Below, piece by piece: positions 40,006-53,165 of a DNA stretch of 64,000 nucleotides; the stretch's first letter is position 1; each line of letters opens with the position of its first letter. Both the position numbers and the translations under genes were made by a program. The stretch spans positions 1 to 64,000 of IMG/VR virus record IMGVR_UViG_3300020049_014895; one strand, given 5' to 3'. Below the pieces are notes generated by a model that was given only the letters and a program-made list of their open reading frames with translations, had not been told where the DNA came from and did not search any database. Origin of the DNA: a virus (Duplodnaviria; Caudoviricetes).

Positions 40006-41679
40006 TTATTTTTCAAAATATTTAACCATTAATTGATTTTGAGTAATTGTTTCAGTGTTTGATGTAGCATCATAATTTGTCCCAAAACAAGCAAAAACTA
40101 AAGGGTTAACAGACAAGTCTGCAACCGCAAAACCTGCGCCAGTCCCCTCATCAAAATTATAACCACTTAATCGAGTATAATTATTACTTGATGTCATAGT
40201 ATCAATAGTGATGTAAACTGCAAGTAATGAAATTCTAGTAATTGCAATTTTAACCTTGCAATATTTTGTGTCCGGAGGCAATAAAATAGTATTTGACGCA
40301 GGAGATGGAGTAAGCTTTGTAATAAAATTTGAACCACCTAAAGTGAAGGAAATGTTCTTGTCCTGTGTTGTTGCACTCATAACATATGATGCATCAATCT
40401 CTATTACATCACCATTCGTTGCCAAGGTATCTGCAGGAATAGTGTAAGTCATTAACGGATCTGTACCGGCCCCAGAAGTACTTACAGAAGTTAAGTTGTT
40501 ACTTAGAACAATTGGCGGAATTGCAATAGTTTGAGTTGCCGCATTCACCGTAAATGTTCTTACACCGGCAACAATCCCGCTATCAGCAATAGATGTAATA
40601 TTTGTTCCGGCAGCCACAACAGTATTATAATGACCAGTAACTGAAGCAATAAATCCAGTACTCAAAGTCACTGTATAAGTAGTCGTTGTTCCAACCGTTA
40701 CTGGTGTTACAATTACAACTGAATCACCACTTTCAACAACAGTTGTGTTTCCTGCGCCACCTAATCCTGTAACTAATCCAGCTTCAGAACTACCACAAGA
40801 ACAATCATCGGTAAAGTTCCCAATTTCTCGCATCCTATCTAAATAACCAGTTACATCTGTAGGTTTTCCACACTCAATAGCCAACTTAGCCAATTGAGCC
40901 AATGCCATCAACTGAGCAAACAACATTTGAAGCCTACTATATTCGGATGGATTGCATTGAGCTGCAACCATTTGTTGCTCAATGCTTCTTAATCCACAAT
41001 AAACAGCACAAATATATGTGCAATCAACGACAACCTCCTGGGCTGCAGTAACTGTATCCAGTATAATTAATTCATCGCTAAACACATAAGTAAGAGTAGA
41101 TGTTATTTGAGTGGATTGCGTTCCATTTGCAAACCCCTCAAATCCGGCCGTTATAACAGAAGATGCAGAAGTTAACGTTGACAATCCAGACCCCAAAGGG
41201 AATTGCAATAAATGTTGTCTAACAATAGATGTTGGAGACGTTGAATTAACAACATAATTTGTCGCATCCGTAGATGTAAATAACGGAGAAACGCAATCAA
41301 CCGTCTGCGTAATTGCAACTTCCGGTGATACATATTCATACGTATACGTATTTGTTACAGTAGAATAAACAGTTAAGTTGCTATCGTATACAGAATAAAC
41401 GATTGTATAGGCACCAACCTCTGGGAATCCATCAGCAGCCAATGGCAACTGAATTACTTGCTGGTTTTCTCTTGAAACACTATTTCGTACATCACACCCT
41501 CCATTTGAATAATCAGTGTTGTTATAAATAACAATCCCGCTTGGAGACGTAATATTGAAAACCCCATTAACATCGGCCAAAGCAATCCCTTGTCCAACAT
41601 AATCAGCAGTATCTTCAAGTGTAAATATTTTAGGGGTTCCTGTTAAATCGAATGTAGTATTAAACGATATTGTTGCCAT
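40006..41679 (-). CDS. Tail structural protein
   Basis: 557 aa, CSC-containing helical core between beta-rich regions. Confidence 0.55.
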   Translation of the reverse strand: MATISFNTTFDLTGTPKIFTLEDTADYVGQGIALADVNGVFNITSPSGIVIYNNTDYSNGGCDVRNSVSRENQQVIQLPLAADGFPEVGAYTIVYSVYDSNLTVYSTVTNTYTYEYVSPEVAITQTVDCVSPLFTSTDATNYVVNSTSPTSIVRQHLLQFPLGSGLSTLTSASSVITAGFEGFANGTQSTQITSTLTYVFSDELIILDTVTAAQEVVVDCTYICAVYCGLRSIEQQMVAAQCNPSEYSRLQMLFAQLMALAQLAKLAIECGKPTDVTGYLDRMREIGNFTDDCSCGSSEAGLVTGLGGAGNTTVVESGDSVVIVTPVTVGTTTTYTVTLSTGFIASVTGHYNTVVAAGTNITSIADSGIVAGVRTFTVNAATQTIAIPPIVLSNNLTSVSTSGAGTDPLMTYTIPADTLATNGDVIEIDASYVMSATTQDKNISFTLGGSNFITKLTPSPASNTILLPPDTKYCKVKIAITRISLLAVYITIDTMTSSNNYTRLSGYNFDEGTGAGFAVADLSVNPLVFACFGTNYDATSNTETITQNQLMVKYFEK

Positions 41680-41698
41680 GAGATATGATTATTTTCCC

Positions 41699-41736
41699 CA
41701 AATATAATCACTAATTTAGAATGATTATAAATTAGA
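41699..41736 (-). promoter_or_regulatory. Late promoter, copy 2
   Basis: Box at 41714-41736, 7-nt spacer, TATATTTG. Confidence 0.8.
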
Positions 41737-41738
41737 AA

Positions 41739-43787
41739 CTATTTTATCTCCCTACTTTCCATCCCACGATTATCATATTTCTTGAAAAAATTTATTGGAG
41801 TAAAAACCCTTTCCGGAGCCACATAAGATTTTGATCCAATAATAGCATACATCGCAGATACAGTTAAATCGTAATCCGTCCAATTTTCTACATCAAAACT
41901 TGCCCAATCAGTTAATGTATCATCAAACATACAACAACCCATTTTACCAGTTTCGGTGTTTACCCCAATATTCTGATAAACGTAAGACTGCATGTGTTCT
42001 ACTAACATCCTTCTAATCCCACTATCAACCTGTCCAGTATTAGGAATCCATTTCTCTTTTTGATTCTTTTCCGAATAATCAGAATGAGTAAAAGCAGGCC
42101 TGTCCATTAAATAATTTTCATACCCACGATTTCTAAAGTGATTTATGCATCCAGGCTTATTTGATTCACCCAAAATCTCCCACCCATAAAAGACACATTG
42201 CATCAGCATGTCTTCATAAAAAATAGAAGGATCTGCAGGACGCCCCCAATATTGAGTAACAAAAATGTTCGACATATGTCCATCAATTATGCTTAACTTC
42301 CGGAACCCATGAGACGCAGCCTTAGATCGCTTATTTGAAGAGGTATATTTGTGATCAATTGGATCGGTTGAAAACACTCCTTCGTGTGTATTTGCTGGTG
42401 CTTTTTGTCCATACTTAGTTGTAGACTTGTTCCGGTCCTCAACTCTTGGCATCCAATACACAAGCCACTTTCCATTAACATCATCCTCAAAAACAACCTC
42501 CGTATCTCGTTGCCCTCCCTTCCATACAAAGTTCCCTCTTCTTAAATGATTTTTAGTATTATTCAAATTGTGTTCAATTTGAGCATAAATCTTATCCAAA
42601 TCAAAAACGGTTCTCTCGTTTGCTGGATCCATAAACATTTCTGCTTCAGTGAAAGGCCTTTGGCGAAGTTCTTCATAGTAACCAACAATATCGCCCTCAT
42701 CCTTTTTTGCCTTCCTTTCATTCTCTAAATATTCGCGTGCACCAATTTTTATCCAACACCCATCTATCCCCATAATTGGTTCGGAAGGAGTATCAATAAC
42801 ACTCATCCCGTATTCATCTATAAAACTCTCGAGTCCATCGTATGCCGGAACAAAATATCTCCACAATCCACTTTTAGTTCTACCATTGGCTGTTTTCTCG
42901 AGAATGCTTGACCGGTTCCAAATGGCCTTAAAATTAGCCCCACCTTTTAACGACTCGTTCACTGTCGATCCAAAAAACATTTTTCCGATAATCTTACCTC
43001 CAAGCGTAACACAAGTTTTTGCAATATTAAACCACTTCTCCACATTGGCTGATTCCCATTTCCCGGCCTCATCGGCTGCCAATATTTTAAGTTTCATACC
43101 ATCGTAAGTATTCTCCCCTGTCGCTCGATAATCAATCTTAGTTCCCAAACTCACTTCTTTCTTGGTAACGCGAGTTTTCATTGTGATTTTCTGTTGAGGA
43201 GTCTTAAACTCTAAAACCTTCTGAACATCTTCGGCAGACTTTACCTGTGGCTTAAAAAATGGAGGATAATTTATAAAACCATGAATTAACTTAGAAAACA
43301 TTTCCTTGGCATCGTCTCCGGTTTTTGACACAATACCATAATTTGAGTCAAATGTTTTTCTTGCCCGGTTTAGAATAACTGAATCCACTCGATAAGAATA
43401 CCCATCTCTTCGAAGCTTCCCATAATCTTGACCAACACAATCAATATCGTTGTCGCACATCCACCAATGATAAAACCATCGCCTATCTCTATCTCGATAT
43501 TCAGGATATCCTGAGTCTATTTTAAACCAATTACAATAATGGTAATGGTCTCCAGTAATATACGTTATAACCCCATTATTGTAAAAGTGAATTCCATCCC
43601 GACACTTCCGGTTTTCTTCGAACGCAAACTCATCCTTCTCCTCTTGTGATAAATAATCGTAGTTTTCTGGAAACTCTGTTCTTGTCCATTTTTGCTCCTT
43701 TTTAGGCTTGTTCCAATTAAGAATTTGCTCCTTTTTGGGAGGAGCCGGAACCTTAAAAATAAGTCCTTCATATAATTCTACTTCCAT
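41739..43787 (-). CDS. terL: Terminase large subunit
   Basis: KLRRDGYS Walker A-like, AADEAGKW Walker B, STDPID nuclease motif. Confidence 0.85.
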   Translation of the reverse strand: MEVELYEGLIFKVPAPPKKEQILNWNKPKKEQKWTRTEFPENYDYLSQEEKDEFAFEENRKCRDGIHFYNNGVITYITGDHYHYCNWFKIDSGYPEYRDRDRRWFYHWWMCDNDIDCVGQDYGKLRRDGYSYRVDSVILNRARKTFDSNYGIVSKTGDDAKEMFSKLIHGFINYPPFFKPQVKSAEDVQKVLEFKTPQQKITMKTRVTKKEVSLGTKIDYRATGENTYDGMKLKILAADEAGKWESANVEKWFNIAKTCVTLGGKIIGKMFFGSTVNESLKGGANFKAIWNRSSILEKTANGRTKSGLWRYFVPAYDGLESFIDEYGMSVIDTPSEPIMGIDGCWIKIGAREYLENERKAKKDEGDIVGYYEELRQRPFTEAEMFMDPANERTVFDLDKIYAQIEHNLNNTKNHLRRGNFVWKGGQRDTEVVFEDDVNGKWLVYWMPRVEDRNKSTTKYGQKAPANTHEGVFSTDPIDHKYTSSNKRSKAASHGFRKLSIIDGHMSNIFVTQYWGRPADPSIFYEDMLMQCVFYGWEILGESNKPGCINHFRNRGYENYLMDRPAFTHSDYSEKNQKEKWIPNTGQVDSGIRRMLVEHMQSYVYQNIGVNTETGKMGCCMFDDTLTDWASFDVENWTDYDLTVSAMYAIIGSKSYVAPERVFTPINFFKKYDNRGMESREIK

Positions 43788-43789
43788 TA

Positions 43790-44140
43790 TTATTTCTTTT
43801 CAGATAAAGCAATTCGTTCTGCTATTCCGGCATTTTCAGCCATCTGCTTATCGACATCCTTTCGCTCCATTGGAGTCATTTTATTTCTAAAAAACTCAAG
43901 TTGCTCAGCCCACGTTTTCTGTTTTGTTGCAAACTTTTCAATCGATGTCATAATTTTATCCGCATCATCTGCCATAAAATCAACATCCAGTGCACGAATT
44001 TTTTTATTCCCACTATCCACGATCATCTTTAATGTAATATAAGGGTCGCAATAAGGACTGGATGTATACTTTTTTAATTGAGATTCAAGATATTCGACAT
44101 AAGCCAATACAGCCTTGTCCTTAATAGGTGGTTTTTCCAT
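43790..44140 (-). CDS. Putative terminase small subunit
   Basis: 116-aa helical protein immediately upstream of terL. Confidence 0.5.
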   Translation of the reverse strand: MEKPPIKDKAVLAYVEYLESQLKKYTSSPYCDPYITLKMIVDSGNKKIRALDVDFMADDADKIMTSIEKFATKQKTWAEQLEFFRNKMTPMERKDVDKQMAENAGIAERIALSEKK

Positions 44141-44175
44141 AATCTGTTTAATTAAACTTTGACAAATATAATAAA

Positions 44176-44204
44176 AAAAGAGAGACTTTTTACATCTCTC
44201 TTCT
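44176..44204 (-). terminator. Intrinsic terminator
   Basis: AAGAGAGA/TCTCTCTT stem with an A run on the + strand (U run on -). Confidence 0.55.
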
Positions 44205-44234
44205 AACCTTAAAAAAACTAACTATAACTATGAA

Positions 44235-45260
44235 CTAAAGCGCATTAATTGCCGTTTGAATTTGAGCTGCTGTTTGAGCAACTTGCAACGCCTGAAGAGC
44301 AGTCCCCTGAGCATTATAAAGAATGTTGCATCCAGCCCCACCGCTTAATGTGAGTGTTGGGTAAGCAGCACTTGACACATACTCTCCTGCATTTGTAATT
44401 GCTGTTCCTGTTACCTCGCCTGTAGAAGGAGTAATAGAAGCGGTTGCTGTTGCCAAAACAACACCTGCACTAAACGTTAAAGTAGGAGCAACATTATAGT
44501 TTGCCCCAGGATCAGTAATTGTCAAAGCCTCAACTTTCATCTTAATCGTACCAGTAGCGCCTGTGCCATCTCCACTAATTGTAACCGTTGGCATAGAGGT
44601 GTACCCCGTTCCATTTGCAGTAATTGTAATTGAAGTTACAGCGTCTGCTGTTAAAGAGGCTGTTGCCGTTGCTCCCGTTCCTCCACCACCAGTAATCGCA
44701 ACAGTTGCAGCAGTATACCCAGACCCTCCAGCGGTAACGACTCCGGTTCCTGTTTTCACATTTGTTGTAAACGTAATCTCAGCATCATCTGTTACCGGTT
44801 CAGCAACAACAGAATCAATATACAAATTGTTAATGTATCGAGTCGCTGAATCTTGTTGCATTGTGATAGCAAATGTGTTTCCTGCAGCAGTATTAATATC
44901 TGAGGCGTTTTCGGTTACAATATATTTTACAGGATAATTAGTGTATCCATTGTAAAGAATCTGAGTAGTTGAACCTAAATCATCCACGAAAATCATTTTA
45001 TCGCTATGCAAATAAATAACGGTTGAATTTGCATCCGCAAGAGTCACGGCTTGAGTTCTTGCAGCAGCCGTATTGATTGTGGCAACAGCCTCACCTACTT
45101 CTCGAACGACAATATTATCGCGATTATCAAGGTAAGTTAATTGAGTATCAGCGCCAGAATTAATTGCGGTGAAATTTAAGATAGAATCAGCAGACAACTT
45201 AAAAGTTGCTCCAGTTGCTAAATCAGTTAGCGATATTGATTTTGATGCTTGAACAGCCAT
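44235..45260 (-). CDS. Capsid decoration/head fibre-like protein
   Basis: Repeated [18 protein letters not shown] beta-modules. Confidence 0.55.
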   Translation of the reverse strand: MAVQASKSISLTDLATGATFKLSADSILNFTAINSGADTQLTYLDNRDNIVVREVGEAVATINTAAARTQAVTLADANSTVIYLHSDKMIFVDDLGSTTQILYNGYTNYPVKYIVTENASDINTAAGNTFAITMQQDSATRYINNLYIDSVVAEPVTDDAEITFTTNVKTGTGVVTAGGSGYTAATVAITGGGGTGATATASLTADAVTSITITANGTGYTSMPTVTISGDGTGATGTIKMKVEALTITDPGANYNVAPTLTFSAGVVLATATASITPSTGEVTGTAITNAGEYVSSAAYPTLTLSGGAGCNILYNAQGTALQALQVAQTAAQIQTAINAL

Positions 45261-45286
45261 GATTTTTATAGATTAAGTTTATAAGA

Positions 45287-45324
45287 CAAATCTATTAATT
45301 TATTTAGAATGATTATAAATTAGA
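45287..45324 (-). promoter_or_regulatory. Late promoter, copy 3
   Basis: Box at 45302-45324, 7-nt spacer, TAGATTTG. Confidence 0.8.
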
Positions 45325-45335
45325 TGCAAATTATT

Positions 45336-47190
<1,855 letters not shown>

Positions 47191-47194
<4 letters not shown>

Positions 47195-48033
47195 AAGTAT
47201 TTATAATTTATTTCATCTGTTGTTAAAAAAGAATAATCAATTCCATCATATCTAAGCTTACTTGCTAACCCGTTAAAATAACTCACCTTTTCGCCAATGG
47301 CTACCCCTTTTATGCTTTCCCCAATATTACAAACTACACCAATTCGCTCGCGCTCATTTACCCGATAAATAAGCCCACCACTTCTTTCTTCTTCCGTAAT
47401 ATCACGAACAAGCATCTTGTTTGATAAACAAGATAATTTCCCGCTTCGCTCTATACCAATAATATTCCGAAGCCTCATTCTATACAATTCTTTCCCGGAA
47501 ATATTTATATCATAATCAGCATTATTTGTAAAAAAAACAACATCACCCATTCTTAATCCACCTTTTTTAGCAGCCTTTGACAAAGCAAACACTTTACCAA
47601 CATTATCAAGGAACCCTCTGTTAGACTTTAAAATCAATCCGGATTCACCTACAAGGTTAGACTCCGGCTCAAGGATTGGCTCTACAAATATAAAATCTTC
47701 TAATGGCTCCAATTTAGTATTAACGATTTTTGCAAACAAGTGAAAATACTCACAACGATAAAGAAGTTCATTGTTGTACATCAAAGAATTATCATCTTGA
47801 CACACGAAATGATGAAACAAAACAACATCTCCCATTTTAACAGGATTGTCATTCAAATACTCAGAATCAATTACTAGTGAGGGATACGCAACAACACCGA
47901 CTTGTGTTGCATGACGATATGGATCAAAATCCGTATCCATAGATAACGGCTCTCCATTGTGTCCGGTAATAGGTGTAACTCGTTTAGAATCCCTATCCGC
48001 ACGGATCAAGAATAAATCTTTTATTAATTTCAC
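47191..48033 (-). CDS. Tandem (three-domain) GroES-like protein
   Basis: Three ~90-aa units; unit 2 reads EPLEDFIFVEP..GLIL..GKV..GDVVFF, unit 3 reads LSNKMLVR..GGLI..GVV..IGEKV. Confidence 0.7.
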
Positions 48034-48047
48034 TTTGTTTAATTAAA

Positions 48048-48320
48048 CTACACTAACGTCTCTTTACTATACAAATCGTATTCTAATGTAACAGGAACAC
48101 GCTCAAAAGCCTTCCACAAAACAGTCACACTCTCTCCCGAAATTTTTGCGTAAATCAAAAATCTAGCACACCCAAAAAGATGAAACTGATTTAAGTCCTC
48201 TACAATATCCGTAATAGTTTTGTCTCCAAACCTTTGTCCAACAGAAAAAGCTAAGCCTTCATCTTTTGGATTAAGGCCAATAACAATTTTCCGTATAACA
48301 CCAGTTGGAGTCCTATCCAT
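48048..48320 (-). CDS. Conserved phage hypothetical protein
   Basis: IRKIVIG...VGQ...LWK.F...P..LEY pattern. Confidence 0.65.
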   Translation of the reverse strand: MDRTPTGVIRKIVIGLNPKDEGLAFSVGQRFGDKTITDIVEDLNQFHLFGCARFLIYAKISGESVTVLWKAFERVPVTLEYDLYSKETLV

Positions 48321-48682
48321 TACTTACTCATTCTTAAATTTTTCTTCTGCTTTCTCGTCTCCAAATTAAAAACTCGTCCCTTTGCCACATCCGCATCAGT
48401 CGTACCGGTCGATGAATTTTTTGTGTATATTCGAGTATCCCCGGGATTCCCCCCAAGATCCCGCATGTTTTGATGCAACCCACCGGAAGGCTTTTCCACC
48501 TTTTCATCTCGCTCCTTTTTAACCGTTCCAATACTATAACGCTTCTTAGTAGGATTAAATTTAGAAAGAGACATCTTACCTCTTGTGGTTGGACCACACT
48601 TCCCATCGGTACAATCCGCTACTCCTGAATCTTTTTTCTTTTTTTTGATGGGATCACCACCATTCATTGATAAAGTTGCCAT
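48320..48682 (-). CDS. Basic low-complexity protein
   Basis: Lys-rich 120 aa; own TATATTTG element upstream. Confidence 0.5.
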   Translation of the reverse strand: MATLSMNGGDPIKKKKKDSGVADCTDGKCGPTTRGKMSLSKFNPTKKRYSIGTVKKERDEKVEKPSGGLHQNMRDLGGNPGDTRIYTKNSSTGTTDADVAKGRVFNLETRKQKKNLRMSK

Positions 48683-48716
48683 GGTTTTTTATTTTTACAA
48701 ATATATAAAATAATAA

Positions 48717-49154
48717 CTATTGACGATAAAAACTGTACTTTATTTTACCATAATATTCTTCGTGCCACTCATAATTCATTGGATTAACCTCTACAACACT
48801 ATCCTTCAGGCTACCATTAGTATTTTGCTCGGCAACATAAATTTTATCACCTACAATCTTATAAACAATACAAACATGGCTAACCTTACGCTTTGTTCCA
48901 CCTGTCATTCTACAAATATCTCCAGGCCGAATATCTTTCAACTTAACCTCTTTCCCATATTTATTTTTTTCAGCACAGCTACCATCATAGTCTACATTAT
49001 ACGTTCTTATGGCAGACTGAACAAGTTCATAACACAACCCGCTTCCAATCTTCTTCCCTTTATTTTCGTCCACAAATTTCAGAATTTGTTCTTGATGGCT
49101 TTGCCCTAAAATCCTTGATGTTACAAGCAAAAATAAAAAAATTAAATTCTTCAT
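48717..49154 (-). CDS. Secreted CHAP/NlpC-P60-like cysteine amidase
   Basis: Signal peptide, GLCYELV (Cys), PGDI, SHVCIV (His), EQN; own promoter-like element. Confidence 0.55.
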   Translation of the reverse strand: MKNLIFLFLLVTSRILGQSHQEQILKFVDENKGKKIGSGLCYELVQSAIRTYNVDYDGSCAEKNKYGKEVKLKDIRPGDICRMTGGTKRKVSHVCIVYKIVGDKIYVAEQNTNGSLKDSVVEVNPMNYEWHEEYYGKIKYSFYRQ

Positions 49155-49260
49155 AGTATATCAATTTTGATATGTTTTACGCAAAGATATACAAAAAGTT
49201 ACACGAAATAAAAAATCCTCCCAAAATTAATTGAGAGGATTTTGATTAAGAAATTATTTA

Positions 49261-50403
49261 TTAAAAAATTTCAGACTTTAGTTTTGCCAATAAAACAGGA
49301 TTCGTCTTCAATTCCATCATTAAATCCGGCAATTTGTGATTTTTCTCATTATACTTATACCAAAATGGCTTAGAAAAAATAATCACACCTTTTGTTACTC
49401 CAGACTCAATATATCGAGATAGGTCTTCATCAGAAACATCTGCAACAATCACTTGAGGAATCACCGGTTTTAAATCGCTCGCAATCTGATTCATTTCGGG
49501 TTCAGAAGGAGTATTTTGCAACTCAGTTTTAATCGATGGAACTTTTTTCTCCGGACGCATCATTCCCATAATTGCATCCCAAACCTTCTCTCCATTTGGA
49601 GTAAATGTTGCATCAACAAAATCATCAACTAAATCTTTACCCATCGGGGCCTGAGTAATAGCATTACCAGCTTTCCAATTAATTGTATTTGTAGACATAT
49701 TCTTTTCAATGATTCCCATCTTCAGGGCTTCCATCGTGAAATACTTTCGCTTCATTTTTGGAGACTTCAATCCGTCCATAAATTTTTTCGGATCAGCCGT
49801 TGCTCTTAATCTCAATGCATAACGGATCTCTCTCGGGTCTGAGTCCAAAGGAATTCCGCAAACCATTGCATACGCAGCAACCTCATCCCAATCTCCCTTA
49901 TAACAGAAATGTTGTGCTTCAGATAACATTTCGTCAGCATCCATCACAGATTGCAATCCTTGTCCCGGATCAACAGTAAAAAATTTAATCTTGGCAGTTT
50001 TATCTCTTTCCAAGTTACTACCATTTTTATTTGTAGTCATTAAATACTTAATCAGCAATGTTTGTTTCCCATCAATACGCTTGTCGCCATCAATAAACTC
50101 AAGGTAATAAGGCTTTTTAGGGATTTTTTCATCAGATGTTTGCTCGTCCATGTAAATAGACTTCTCTCCAGGGATATAACGAATAACTCGCTGAATGCCC
50201 TTTTCTGCATCAAAAATCTCATCATACAAAGGCATACGAACCGATGGAGGAAAATGTCTTCCAACACCTCTGGCACTTTTATAAGAAGGATTTTCATTGA
50301 TGTGATTCAAAACAAAGACGAATTCTTTGTTTGCATACTTGCCTGATTTGAAATCGGCATACGATCCAAGTTTCCTTGAAACACTATTAGCTACTGCTTC
50401 CAT
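49261..50403 (-). CDS. Capsid-associated protein downstream of MCP
   Basis: 380 aa in the conserved post-MCP position. Confidence 0.55.
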   Translation of the reverse strand: MEAVANSVSRKLGSYADFKSGKYANKEFVFVLNHINENPSYKSARGVGRHFPPSVRMPLYDEIFDAEKGIQRVIRYIPGEKSIYMDEQTSDEKIPKKPYYLEFIDGDKRIDGKQTLLIKYLMTTNKNGSNLERDKTAKIKFFTVDPGQGLQSVMDADEMLSEAQHFCYKGDWDEVAAYAMVCGIPLDSDPREIRYALRLRATADPKKFMDGLKSPKMKRKYFTMEALKMGIIEKNMSTNTINWKAGNAITQAPMGKDLVDDFVDATFTPNGEKVWDAIMGMMRPEKKVPSIKTELQNTPSEPEMNQIASDLKPVIPQVIVADVSDEDLSRYIESGVTKGVIIFSKPFWYKYNEKNHKLPDLMMELKTNPVLLAKLKSEIF

Positions 50404-50444
50404 TTTTTTTAATTGAATTAAATTTAATTATTAAACTGACTTGT

Positions 50445-50477
50445 AAAAAATCGCGCTGAGACCTTCCCAGCGCGATT
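50445..50477 (-). terminator. Intrinsic terminator after MCP
   Basis: AATCGCGCTG/CAGCGCGATT stem followed by a U run on the - strand. Confidence 0.8.
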
Positions 50478-50492
50478 CTAATTTTCCTATTG

Positions 50493-51905
50493 CTAAGCTG
50501 GAGTTACCCAAACAAAACGACCAGGCGCAAACCCTTCGAAACCATAGTGGCTTCTCCAGTTAATTTGCAAACTATCTTCGTCATTTGTATAAACTCCGTT
50601 AGCACCACCTGTTGGCCACTCTTCCCAATCGCGAGAATATGATCCACCAGCCTTAGCTTGAGAAACATAATTCATACGAATTGATGGAACGGATTCTTTT
50701 TTGTTATCCGGACCAAATGAATGAACTGACTTATCCATTGGAATAACCACCGCTGAATCAACATACTCTTGACCTGCAGCGCCTAACATATTTTTGTAAT
50801 TAAATACATCGTATGTTTTTAAGTTGTAAGTGTAACCTTGAATTTTGAAAGAATCAAAACTAAAGTTCACAGCTTGATTTGCTCCAAATGTTCCATACTC
50901 AAAAGAACCATTCTTCATTTCGATAGTGATAAAATCATCAATACCTGTGCGAAGATTAATACCTGAATAAACAGCATTCGCTTTCGCTCCGCGATATTTA
51001 TCCAATTGATCGGTTGTCATTGTTTGCCAATCAGCTTTTGTGATACCAGTAACAGAGTTATAGTTTGTTGTGTTTCCGTAGTTTTGTACGAAAGGAATCA
51101 AACCTTCAGTTTTTGTTAATGTTGGTTGAGCTGTAGCAAGAACAGTGTTTGTGATTTTTTGACCAGTAATCAAAGACACCTCACGCAAGTTGCGACAAGC
51201 AACATAAGCGTCATGTTGTCCCTTGTAGTAATACAAGTAACCCATTTGACCATTTAACCCTTCAACTTCTACCCAAATTTCCTCACCTAATGCAGTACCA
51301 GTAGATTTGTTAGATTCCTTCATGATTTGCATGTTGTTCACATAACGATTAACTCTACGTGCCTGAGATAATGGTTGACCAGTACCTTCTTGGTGAGCGT
51401 TACCGGTAATAATCAATGTATCAGTTGTTAAAACAGCAGGAATTGACTGCCCCAAAACTACTGGAGTAACAGTAAACGTGTTACCAGAAACTGCCGTAAC
51501 TTGCGCTTCAACACCATTCGGGAATCTTACTGTATCTTGCAAACGAGTTGGATTTGCTGTTACTGCACCTGCAACTAAATAAGGAGACATTGCTCCAGAA
51601 GGATACGTATAACGATACCCAGCAGCAACTGTTAATACAACTGCAGCGTTTGCCGCTCCACCTGCATCAGCATCACACTGAACAACTTCATGCAACCAAT
51701 CTTCTTCAGAGTGCATGTATTCGATTCCGGAAACTGGGTTCCATCCGCCAAGCTCATTCATTAAGCCTGTCATGTTTTGATCTCCTAATGCCTTGTATAA
51801 TTTAGAATCATACTGAGGCTTTAAAAGATTATATAATTGTGCCGAACCAACCCAATTGTGGGAGGTTACCGCTTGCACCATACTTGGTACTACTGCTAAT
51901 GCCAT
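50493..51905 (-). CDS. Major capsid protein (crAss-like HK97 fold)
   Basis: 470 aa after scaffold; GNAHQEGT..., NNMQIMKES..STG motifs; strong terminator downstream. Confidence 0.8.
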   Translation of the reverse strand: MALAVVPSMVQAVTSHNWVGSAQLYNLLKPQYDSKLYKALGDQNMTGLMNELGGWNPVSGIEYMHSEEDWLHEVVQCDADAGGAANAAVVLTVAAGYRYTYPSGAMSPYLVAGAVTANPTRLQDTVRFPNGVEAQVTAVSGNTFTVTPVVLGQSIPAVLTTDTLIITGNAHQEGTGQPLSQARRVNRYVNNMQIMKESNKSTGTALGEEIWVEVEGLNGQMGYLYYYKGQHDAYVACRNLREVSLITGQKITNTVLATAQPTLTKTEGLIPFVQNYGNTTNYNSVTGITKADWQTMTTDQLDKYRGAKANAVYSGINLRTGIDDFITIEMKNGSFEYGTFGANQAVNFSFDSFKIQGYTYNLKTYDVFNYKNMLGAAGQEYVDSAVVIPMDKSVHSFGPDNKKESVPSIRMNYVSQAKAGGSYSRDWEEWPTGGANGVYTNDEDSLQINWRSHYGFEGFAPGRFVWVTPA

Positions 51906-51941
51906 AATTTTATGAGTTTCCTAAACTCTCTTTTTAGTTGT

Positions 51942-53084
51942 TTATAAATTTTTTTCGACCTGCTCTTGAGCCTTTGCTCTCCAATCAACCTTCGAAGTAG
52001 TTGGTGTAGGGTTAGCCTCAAAAGAAATGTTTTTAATAGCCTTTACCTCAGACTCCTTGCCCTTGGCTTCAGCATTTTGGTGTGCAACCTTTACAATATT
52101 GTCCTTGTTTTTCCAATACAAAATCATATCATACACAGCCTTTTGATTCATTTTGCCATCCTTGTCTTCAAATTGCTTCCAAAAAACCGAAATATCTTTC
52201 GTCATTGATTTCATCATATCAGCGGCATATTTCTTATCCGCATCCGACACCTCAAAATCAACAGATTCCTTGTCGCTTATCTTTGTAGATAATTTTGACG
52301 TTTTATTAACAAGCTCTTCGTCAACAAACTTCTCCCAATTTTCCTGAGCCAATCTTTCCGATTCAGCTCTTTGCTCTAATTGTTTTGGGTCTGGTGTCTT
52401 AGCAAATACTCGCTCATTTTTGAAGTTAACCAACCACTCTCGATCATTATACGCATCGCGCATTAAAATCTCTCTGTTGGCGATATCTTCATCGGTTAAG
52501 TCCGTATCATCCTTGTCAATCCATTCACTTAAATTATATTTTTTATCTAATTGAATTTCAATTGTCTTATCCGACAATCCGGCATAATCCGGATGTCTTC
52601 GCATTGCCTCCATTCGGATATCCAATGGATTGTCCATGCTGGCGAAATCTTTACTTTGCAATTCAAAGAACTCTGCATCAAACTTTACGCCTTTGTTTTT
52701 AAGGTCCTGCCAATGCTTTAACTCTTCGTCAAGTTCCTCCTTGGGAGCACTTAAAACAGATTCAATTTCTTCCCACGTTTTAAATTTTCCTCCAGTCTTC
52801 TCAGCAACCTGATCCTCAAAAGATTTTGATGATACAGCATTTTCAATTATTGGCGCATCTACAACAGGCGCTTCAACGGCCGGAGCTTCAACAATTTGGG
52901 TTTCAACAGCCGGAACTTCAACTGCAGGTTTTTCTACTACAGGATTTGTCAAAGAATTTTCCACCGGAGCCGCCTCTACTTGTGGAGTAATTATATTTTT
53001 AAATTCAGAACCGGTTGTGTCTACAACCGAACCTTTGAATGCTTCTTTTAATCCACTTTGGATTTCTTCTTGTATTGGATCCAT
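51942..53084 (-). CDS. Scaffolding protein
   Basis: Acidic, VEAP repeats, between portal and MCP. Confidence 0.7.
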   Translation of the reverse strand: MDPIQEEIQSGLKEAFKGSVVDTTGSEFKNIITPQVEAAPVENSLTNPVVEKPAVEVPAVETQIVEAPAVEAPVVDAPIIENAVSSKSFEDQVAEKTGGKFKTWEEIESVLSAPKEELDEELKHWQDLKNKGVKFDAEFFELQSKDFASMDNPLDIRMEAMRRHPDYAGLSDKTIEIQLDKKYNLSEWIDKDDTDLTDEDIANREILMRDAYNDREWLVNFKNERVFAKTPDPKQLEQRAESERLAQENWEKFVDEELVNKTSKLSTKISDKESVDFEVSDADKKYAADMMKSMTKDISVFWKQFEDKDGKMNQKAVYDMILYWKNKDNIVKVAHQNAEAKGKESEVKAIKNISFEANPTPTTSKVDWRAKAQEQVEKNL

Positions 53085-53122
53085 TTTGTTTAATTTTAAT
53101 TAAATTTAACTTATACTAATTA

Positions 53123-53160
53123 CAAATATATATTCTTATTTAGAATGATTATAAATTAGA
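53123..53160 (-). promoter_or_regulatory. Late promoter, copy 4
   Basis: Box at 53138-53160, 7-nt spacer, TATATTTG. Confidence 0.8.
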
Positions 53161-53165
53161 GCGAA

